Positions 57,926 to 64,000 of a stretch of DNA of 64,000 bases are shown here, in pieces. The stretch comes from Dehalococcoidia bacterium (GTDB taxonomy: Bacteria > Chloroflexota > Dehalococcoidia > UBA6926): the NCBI GenBank assembly GCA_963666115.2, contig CAXXET010000004.1, positions 352,001 through 416,000 on the forward strand. The letters run 5' to 3'. Position 1 is the stretch's first letter, and each line of letters opens with the position of its first letter. Under the pieces are notes generated by a model. That model was not told where the DNA came from. It saw only the letters and a program-made list of their open reading frames with translations, and ran no database searches. Made by a program: the position numbers and the translations under genes.

Positions 57926-58582
57926 CTATTCGTCATCTGAGATTAGGACGGCGCGGGCGGGGGCGCCGTCCAGGTTGGGGGTTTTGAGGGGGAGGAAGGC
58001 GAGGGTGTATTCGCGGCCTGCCTCGACGTTGGTGAGGTCTAGGCCCTCCATGATGACGCCGTTCGCGTTTAGGATGGCGAGAGTGGCAAGGGGGGCGTCG
58101 CCGCCGAATCGCTCTATCGAGAGGTAGTCGATGCCGATTGAGCGAATGCCTTTTTCGACGAGCCACTCTGCGGCCTCCGGGGTCAGGAACACGAAACGGG
58201 TCTGGAAGTAGTTCCTGCTGATCCAGAGGGCTGAGTTGCGTGTTTTGAGGAGAAGTCGTTCGACGGGGGTTTCCGGCAGCGCCTCTTCAAGGTGTTCGAC
58301 GGTGATGCCCGTGCCCATGGTCAGGCCGGTGAGGTCTGCGACCCACGCGGGGCCGACAAGCATTTCAAGGGGCAGGGTTTCGGTTTCCGCGCCACCCTGG
58401 ATGTAGCGCGCGGGGACGGTGACATGGGTGCCGTTGTGCGAGCCGATTTCGATGCGGGACAGCCTCATGCCGTCCTTGTGGATAGTTTTCTCCGTGCTGG
58501 CGAAATACGGGGCATCGCCGGGGTAGACGTGCGTGCCCTCGTTGAGGGGCAGCAGGGGAACGGAGATGTCGATGACACGCAC
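57926..58582 (-). CDS. Cyclase family protein (kynurenine formamidase-like)
   Basis: IDIS.P, YPGD, GSHNGTH, LLKT.N, IGIDYLS and DGAPARA; the usual metal-ligand D/H after GTH are altered. Confidence 0.85.
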   Translation of the reverse strand: MRVIDISVPLLPLNEGTHVYPGDAPYFASTEKTIHKDGMRLSRIEIGSHNGTHVTVPARYIQGGAETETLPLEMLVGPAWVADLTGLTMGTGITVEHLEEALPETPVERLLLKTRNSALWISRNYFQTRFVFLTPEAAEWLVEKGIRSIGIDYLSIERFGGDAPLATLAILNANGVIMEGLDLTNVEAGREYTLAFLPLKTPNLDGAPARAVLISDDE

Positions 58583-58617
58583 TTGTCTATCCGGGAATTG
58601 CTGCCAGCGCTCCGGCG

Positions 58618-59403
58618 TCAGCCTGTCAGGGCAAGGCCGCCATCGACGGCGATAAGCTGTCCGGTGATGTAGGCGGCGCGGTCCGTGCAGAGGAAGGCGG
58701 CAATCTCGGCGATCTCCCATGCGTGGCCGCGCCGTCCCAGCGGGATGTGATCGGTCAACTGCTGCTTGAGTTCTTCCGGCAGGTTTTCGGTCACGTCGGT
58801 GGAGATGTATCCGGGCGCGACGATGTTGGCGGTGACGTTTCTCGCGGCCAGCTCTTTGGCGACGCTGTAGGTGAAGCCGGTGAGGCCGGACTTGGCGGCG
58901 GCGTAGTTGGATTGGCCGGGGTTGCCGGCAAGCGCGACGACGGAGGAGATATTGATGATGCGCCCCCAGCGCTCGCGCATCATGGAACGGATGACGGCGC
59001 GGGTGCAGAGGAAGGGGCCGCGCAGATCAGTGCCAATGACGGTGTCCCAATCATCGTCCGTCATGCGGAGGAGGAGTTTGTCGCGGATGATGCCGGAGTT
59101 ATTGACGAGGATATCGACCTTGCCGAATTTCTCGACGGCGCCGTTGACCATCGCCTCCACCTGGTCGGTCTGGGACACGTCGGCCTGGAATGAGGCGCTC
59201 TCCACGCCAAGCTCCTTGATCTCCTCGACGACTCCCTGCGCAAGGCCGCCGCTCGCGTTGTAGTTGACGGCGATGTTGGCGCCCATGGAGGCGAGCTTGA
59301 GGGCGATGGCCTTGCCGATGCCACGGCCGGAGCCGGTGACGAGGGCGACGTGGCCCGCGAGTTCCCTGGATTCCTGGGTTGCGGATTCGGCCTGGGTCTG
59401 CAT
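58618..59403 (-). CDS. fabG: 3-oxoacyl-ACP reductase
   Basis: VTGSGRGIG, LVNNSGI.RD.L..RM, GNPGQSNYAAAK and VAPG.I.TD.T; next to plsX. Confidence 0.93.
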   Translation of the reverse strand: MQTQAESATQESRELAGHVALVTGSGRGIGKAIALKLASMGANIAVNYNASGGLAQGVVEEIKELGVESASFQADVSQTDQVEAMVNGAVEKFGKVDILVNNSGIIRDKLLLRMTDDDWDTVIGTDLRGPFLCTRAVIRSMMRERWGRIINISSVVALAGNPGQSNYAAAKSGLTGFTYSVAKELAARNVTANIVAPGYISTDVTENLPEELKQQLTDHIPLGRRGHAWEIAEIAAFLCTDRAAYITGQLIAVDGGLALTG

Positions 59404-59407
59404 GTGC

Positions 59408-60457
59408 CTATGCTCCCGGCGAGGCGGCGGGTTCGGCAGCCTGGCTCCGCGCGTGAATGGCGGCCAGTTCGGCCTTGATGGCGGCGACGACGTCATGGTC
59501 TTTCATCAGTTGGGCGGTGCGGATTGCGCCGTGCACCATGGGGGCGCGGGCGCGGCCATGGCCGACAATGACGATTCCGTTGACGCCAAGAATCGGGCCG
59601 CCTGCAGTTTCCATCAGATTGATCTTGCGGAAGATGCCCATTGCGATGTCGCGGGCTTTTTCGGGGCCGATTTCCGGGGCGAGCCGCTCGCCGAGATCGC
59701 GGGCGATTGCCTGTCCAAGGCCCTCGCTGTACTTGAGGAGCGCATTGCCGACGAAGCCGTCCGCGAGAATGACGTTTGCCCTGCCCTGCGCGGCTTCATG
59801 CGCTTCAAGATTGCCGATGAAGTTCAGGCCGGAGTTTTCAAGGCCGGCATAGGCCTCCTTGACCTGCTTGCTGCCCTTGGTCGGCTCCTCGCCAACGTTG
59901 AGCAGGGCGACGCTGGGGTTTTCGATTTCAAGGTAGGCGCGGGCAGTAGCGACGCCAATGGCGGCGAAGTCGAGGAATTGGGCGGGGCGGGCATCGACGT
60001 TGGCGCCCATGTCCAGCCAGATGGTGTTGGGGGCGTAGCCAAGCGCGGGACCGCCCAGGACGGGGCGGTCAAGGTTCTCAAGGGTGCCGAGCAGGAAGTG
60101 GGCGCTGGCCATAAGGGCGCCGGTGGAGCCCATGCTGACGACGGCATCGGCCATGCCTTCCTTGACAAGGCCGGCGGCGATGAGAACCGATGCCTTTGGC
60201 TTGCGGCGGAGGGCAAGGGCGGGCTGCTCCGTTTCCTCGATGGCGTCATCGGACGGAACAACCTGGATGGCAAGGCCGGCGGTGTCTTCATTGTCCAGTT
60301 CCGCCTGGACGCGCTCCGGCACGCCAACGAGAAAGACGGCCGCTCCCTCACGCGCCGCGGCAATGCCACCCTTGACGATCTCCGCAGGGGCATGATCGCC
60401 TCCCATAGCATCAAGCGCCACGCGGAATCCGCGTCCGTCAGGCGGGGGCATCGTCAC
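59408..60457 (-). CDS. plsX: Phosphate acyltransferase
   Basis: ALDAMGGDHAP, S.GSTGA, LDMGAN, LLNVGEE..KG, DGFVGN..LK and GHG. Confidence 0.95.
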   Translation of the reverse strand: MTMPPPDGRGFRVALDAMGGDHAPAEIVKGGIAAAREGAAVFLVGVPERVQAELDNEDTAGLAIQVVPSDDAIEETEQPALALRRKPKASVLIAAGLVKEGMADAVVSMGSTGALMASAHFLLGTLENLDRPVLGGPALGYAPNTIWLDMGANVDARPAQFLDFAAIGVATARAYLEIENPSVALLNVGEEPTKGSKQVKEAYAGLENSGLNFIGNLEAHEAAQGRANVILADGFVGNALLKYSEGLGQAIARDLGERLAPEIGPEKARDIAMGIFRKINLMETAGGPILGVNGIVIVGHGRARAPMVHGAIRTAQLMKDHDVVAAIKAELAAIHARSQAAEPAASPGA

Positions 60458-60504
60458 GATTCTGTCCTCCGGTCAGGCTCATCCCATGTAGGGACGGCAG
60501 TATT

Positions 60505-60909
60505 TCACTCCGATACTGTCAGCGTTGCATCGCCGGTCGCGAGTCGTTCGCGCGGATCGGCTTTCCAACATTCTACGATGCAATGCACATCTATTGTGCC
60601 ATCGTCTCGCGGATGCCGCGCGCGTTCTTGCAGCGCAACCTCCACGACATCGCCCGGGCGGGCGGGGGCGCGGAAGCGGGCGCGCATCCTGCCGGTGGCG
60701 GCCCACGGCACGCCGTACACCTGCGACAGGGCGTCCGACATGTAGCCGAACAGCATCATCCCGTGCGCGACAATGCCGCCGAACCGGGTTGTGGTCGCGA
60801 ATTCGGCGTCAAGGTGGACGGGGTTGTAGTCGCCTGATGCCGCGGCGTAGGCAGCGATGCGCTCCTGCGTCACCGTGCGCGTGAGGACCGGGGCGCCACT
60901 ATCCGTCAC
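60505..60909 (-). CDS. MaoC family (R)-specific hot-dog dehydratase (HadB-like)
   Basis: YAAASGDYNPVH hydratase-2 motif and GIVAHGM. Confidence 0.88.
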   Translation of the reverse strand: MTDSGAPVLTRTVTQERIAAYAAASGDYNPVHLDAEFATTTRFGGIVAHGMMLFGYMSDALSQVYGVPWAATGRMRARFRAPARPGDVVEVALQERARHPRDDGTIDVHCIVECWKADPRERLATGDATLTVSE

Positions 60910-60919
60910 CGGACCGCCC

Positions 60920-61369
60920 TCACTCGTCTCCGGGTGGCAGCATGACCGTGCCGGTTCCCGTCGCAAGCTGCTGGCCATCGCCGGATTCATCAAGCGTGCT
61001 CTCAACGTTGAAATCGAGCGAGACGAGCGTCATGCCCGCCCTGTTCGAGACATTGGCAACGACGGCCTCGCAGACCGCCTGCGTATCCACGGGAATGGGA
61101 CGCCAGACGCGGATTTCCTGGGAGGCGTGCATGGCGCCAGGGGGGAGCGCGACGTGGCGGAGGAGGACGCCGAGAGACAGGGACGCCATGACGGACGGCG
61201 GGACGAGTTCCACGCCGTTCTCATCCTGGGGCAGGCTTGCCTCCACGGAGTCCAGAAGGCTGACGACGGCCTCACGGCTGAGGTCAAGCCGGGTCGGCGT
61301 GAATTCCTGGCCGGCGTGGACGGTTTCAAGGTCGACGCGGGCGTGTGGCTCAGGCGTTGAGGAAGTCAA
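60920..61369 (-). CDS. MaoC-like hot-dog protein lacking catalytic motif (HadA-like)
   Basis: VPP, GAMHASQE and beta-strand pattern; adjacent to the MaoC gene; start uncertain. Confidence 0.7.
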   Translation of the reverse strand: MTSSTPEPHARVDLETVHAGQEFTPTRLDLSREAVVSLLDSVEASLPQDENGVELVPPSVMASLSLGVLLRHVALPPGAMHASQEIRVWRPIPVDTQAVCEAVVANVSNRAGMTLVSLDFNVESTLDESGDGQQLATGTGTVMLPPGDE

Positions 61370-62144
61370 GCAATGCCCTGTTGAACTCGTCCGGCTTGTC
61401 CAGGTTGGAGAGGTGGCTTGCGCCCGGGATCTTCACGAGGGTTGAGTTGTAGATCGCCTCCGCCATGGCCTCGGCATCGGCGGGGGGCGTGATTCCGTCC
61501 TCTTCGCCAACGACGATCAGGGTGGGAACGGCGATGGAGGGCAGGAGGTCAGACCGATCGGGCCGGACAGCCATGCCGCGGGCCGCGCCGGCGACACCGG
61601 CGGGGGAGGCGGCGCGGATCATGTCGGACGCCTTGGCGGCAACGTCCGGCTTGCCACTGACGGTGGCCTCGGTCAACATGCGAGCCGGCAGGGCATCGGC
61701 GAGGCCGCCGACGCCGTCCGCCTCAACCTGCTTCGCAAGGTTCTCCCGCCCCTCGGCAGCCTGCTCGGTATCCGGGAGGTGGCGGGTGTCCAACAGCATC
61801 AGGCTCGCAATGTGCTCGGGATAGGCCTCAGCGAACGCCAGGGCGACGTAGCCGCCCATGGAGAAACCGCCAAGGGCGACCTCCCCGAGGGAGAGTTCCT
61901 CGACGAGGATGTGCAAGTCCTTGGCAAGCATCTCCATCGTGTAGGTCTCGCTGGTCGCGCCGGAGTCGCCGTGCCCGCGCAGATCATAGGTGATGACGCG
62001 GTTGTTCTCGGCGAGAACGGGGACCTGGTCGTCCCACATGGACTTGTTGTACGGAAAGCCGTGGATGAGAACGACGGGAGGGCCATCGCCCTGCCCCTGG
62101 TCTGTGTAGGCGGTATCGATTCCGTTGGTCTGGACGGTCGGCAT
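61350..62144 (-). CDS. Alpha/beta hydrolase (enol-lactone hydrolase-like)
   Basis: LIHGFP, DLRGHG, GFSMGG nucleophile elbow, GEED and HL. Confidence 0.92.
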   Translation of the reverse strand: MPTVQTNGIDTAYTDQGQGDGPPVVLIHGFPYNKSMWDDQVPVLAENNRVITYDLRGHGDSGATSETYTMEMLAKDLHILVEELSLGEVALGGFSMGGYVALAFAEAYPEHIASLMLLDTRHLPDTEQAAEGRENLAKQVEADGVGGLADALPARMLTEATVSGKPDVAAKASDMIRAASPAGVAGAARGMAVRPDRSDLLPSIAVPTLIVVGEEDGITPPADAEAMAEAIYNSTLVKIPGASHLSNLDKPDEFNRALLDFLNA

Positions 62145-62287
62145 AGACGTATCCCCCTGCCCTTGCTTACTCAATCATGTGCGCTGTCTAGAGTGTATCA
62201 GCGCACGAAGAGACACCGCTACAGGGACAGCGGTGGGCATCCCTGCGTTACAATGCAATGGCGCAGTATGCAAGATTCTTCGGGGGT

Positions 62288-64000
62288 ATGACAGTGACAT
62301 CAACAGCGGGGAGCGGCGGTTCAAAGCTTGTGGGGGCGTCTGTGCCGCGCGTGGACGGCCCGGAAAAGGTGACAGGGTCCGCGATTTACGGGCTTGACGC
62401 GCAGGCGCCGGGCATGTTGTGGATGAAGATTTTGCGCAGCCCGTTCCCGCACGCGCGGATTGTGTCGGTTGACGCGTCAGCCGCGAGCGCGCTGCCGGGC
62501 GTCCACCTGGTTCTCACGGGAGAGGACGTCAAGGGCATGTTGACGGGCGCGATGATCAAGGACATGCCGCTGCTGGCGTGGGATCGCGTGATGCTGGTTG
62601 GGGACAAGGTTGCGGCGGTCATCGCGGACGATGAGGACATCGCGCAACAGGCCATCGGGCTGATCGACATCGAGTATGAGGAGCTGGCGGCGATCATCGA
62701 GCCGGAGGACGCGATGACCGATGACGCGCCAATCCTGCATCCTGACGCCGGCTCATACGAGGGAATGCCGCCGCGCGACGAGCACCCCAACCGCTACGCG
62801 GGCGTTCATTTCGCCAAGGGCGACATGGACGCCGGTTTCGCCGAGGCGGATCACATCATCGAGCGGACGTACAGGACGCCCCTGCTCCACCAGGGGTACC
62901 TGGAGCCGCACGCCTGCCTCGTGTACGTGGACGACGAGGGCGTTCTGCAGGTGTGGAACGCGAACGATTCACCGACGGGGGCGCAGCAGGAGCTTGCGCG
63001 GCTGACGGGCATTGACGAGGACAACATCAATTTCAACTTCAATTACGTGGGCGGCTCGTTCGGCGGGAAGTCGTCGGGCACGGACGTCGCGCTGGCGTAT
63101 GAGTTCACGAAGCGGACCGGCAGGCCGATCAAATGGACGATCGAGTATGACGAAGAGTTCCAGAACATGACGATGCGGCACCCGGCGACGATGCGGGTGA
63201 AGGCGGGCGTGAAGGGCGACGGCACGATCACGGCGTGGGAGTCCGAGATTCACTTCGCGGGCGGCGGCTACGCAGCGTACGCTCCCCTGCCCGCGATCAT
63301 GGGCATCCTCGAAATCGTGGGGCCGTACCGCATTGCGAACGTCAAGGTTGACTCGCACCAGGTGTACACCAATACCTCGCCGTGCACATACGCGCGGGCG
63401 CCCGGCCACGTGCAGGCGCACTTTGCCGGAGAATCGCACATGGACGTGCTCGCCAACGCCATTGGGATGGATCCGATGGACTTCCGGCTGCACAACGTGG
63501 TGGAGCCGGGCGAAGAGTATCCGGTTGGCGAGCAGTGGGAGAACGTGCAGGCGGGGGCGGCGCTGCGGCGCGCGGCGGAGGCGGCGGGCTACTACGACGC
63601 CAAGCCGGAGGGCGTTGGGCGGGGGGTTGCCATCGGCAGCCATTCGCAGATCGGCGCGACGGGCAGCGTGGCGGTCAAGGTGATGGAAGACGGGCGGGTG
63701 GAAATCAACCATCCTGTCTTCGATCCCGGCACGGGCACGGGCACAATCATCGCGCAGATCGTCGCCGACGAGCTTGATATTCCAATCGACCGCATCGACG
63801 TCGTTACGTGGTCGACGCGGGAGGGCAAGACGGGGGACATGGGGATCGCGGGCAGCCGCGGGGCGCGGATGTTCAGCACGGCGGGATTCAATGCCACGCA
63901 GGAAGTGAAGGGACGGCTGCAGCGTCTGACCTCAGAGTTCATGGGGTGGGACGAGGAGCGGTTGACCATCGAGGCGGGGCACATCGTTAACGGCGCGAAT
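62288..64000 (+). CDS. Xanthine dehydrogenase family molybdopterin-binding subunit (partial, runs off window)
   Basis: Manual translation: MTVTSTAGSGGSKLVGASVPRVDGPEKVTGSAIYG...ILRSPFPHARI, later HQGYLEPH, VGGSFGGK and RAPG. Not in the ORF track because no stop lies in the window. Confidence 0.92.
   Translation, partial: MTVTSTAGSGGSKLVGASVPRVDGPEKVTGSAIYGLDAQAPGMLWMKILRSPFPHARIVSVDASAASALPGVHLVLTGEDVKGMLTGAMIKDMPLLAWDRVMLVGDKVAAVIADDEDIAQQAIGLIDIEYEELAAIIEPEDAMTDDAPILHPDAGSYEGMPPRDEHPNRYAGVHFAKGDMDAGFAEADHIIERTYRTPLLHQGYLEPHACLVYVDDEGVLQVWNANDSPTGAQQELARLTGIDEDNINFNFNYVGGSFGGKSSGTDVALAYEFTKRTGRPIKWTIEYDEEFQNMTMRHPATMRVKAGVKGDGTITAWESEIHFAGGGYAAYAPLPAIMGILEIVGPYRIANVKVDSHQVYTNTSPCTYARAPGHVQAHFAGESHMDVLANAIGMDPMDFRLHNVVEPGEEYPVGEQWENVQAGAALRRAAEAAGYYDAKPEGVGRGVAIGSHSQIGATGSVAVKVMEDGRVEINHPVFDPGTGTGTIIAQIVADELDIPIDRIDVVTWSTREGKTGDMGIAGSRGARMFSTAGFNATQEVKGRLQRLTSEFMGWDEERLTIEAGHIVNGAN

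Noticed and set aside
62215-62246. Possible pseudoknot or riboswitch (CACCGCT/AGCGGTG with CAGGGA/TCCCTG) upstream of the xanthine dehydrogenase-family gene
   Set aside because: Lies upstream of the apparent -10 boxes of both divergent genes and matches no riboswitch consensus I recognise.

Overview
High-GC bacterial chromosome segment, by inference Chloroflexota/Dehalococcoidia-like and possibly a sponge-associated lineage (inferred from gene content, not searched). It is mostly housekeeping: queA, folD, acpS, nnr, coaX, coaBC, valS, hpt, folB, dut, uvrC, xerD, lgt, recJ, fabF, mfd, fabG and plsX. It also has a stand-alone 23S rRNA gene (no adjacent 16S or 5S), tRNA-fMet and tRNA-Arg(UCU). 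Small accessory genes are interspersed: a sterol C24-methyltransferase homologue, an OLD-family ATPase/TOPRIM nuclease, a PaREP1/HsdR-N/PaREP1 trio, a PD-(D/E)XK protein, hicAB and an FN3-repeat surface protein. The main signals not shown in the ORF track are: (1) an in-frame TGA at the catalytic Cys of a sulfurtransferase, followed by a SECIS-like hairpin (probable selenoprotein); (2) about 13 REP-like palindromes, with every ...TGAC-tailed copy in the same orientation, several fused into coding sequence and some bracketing accessory genes; (3) local C-depleted, G/T-rich patches on the + strand at those junctions; (4) a recurrent -10 box exactly 6 nt before ATG (leaderless genes). No CRISPR array, transposase or prophage is visible.
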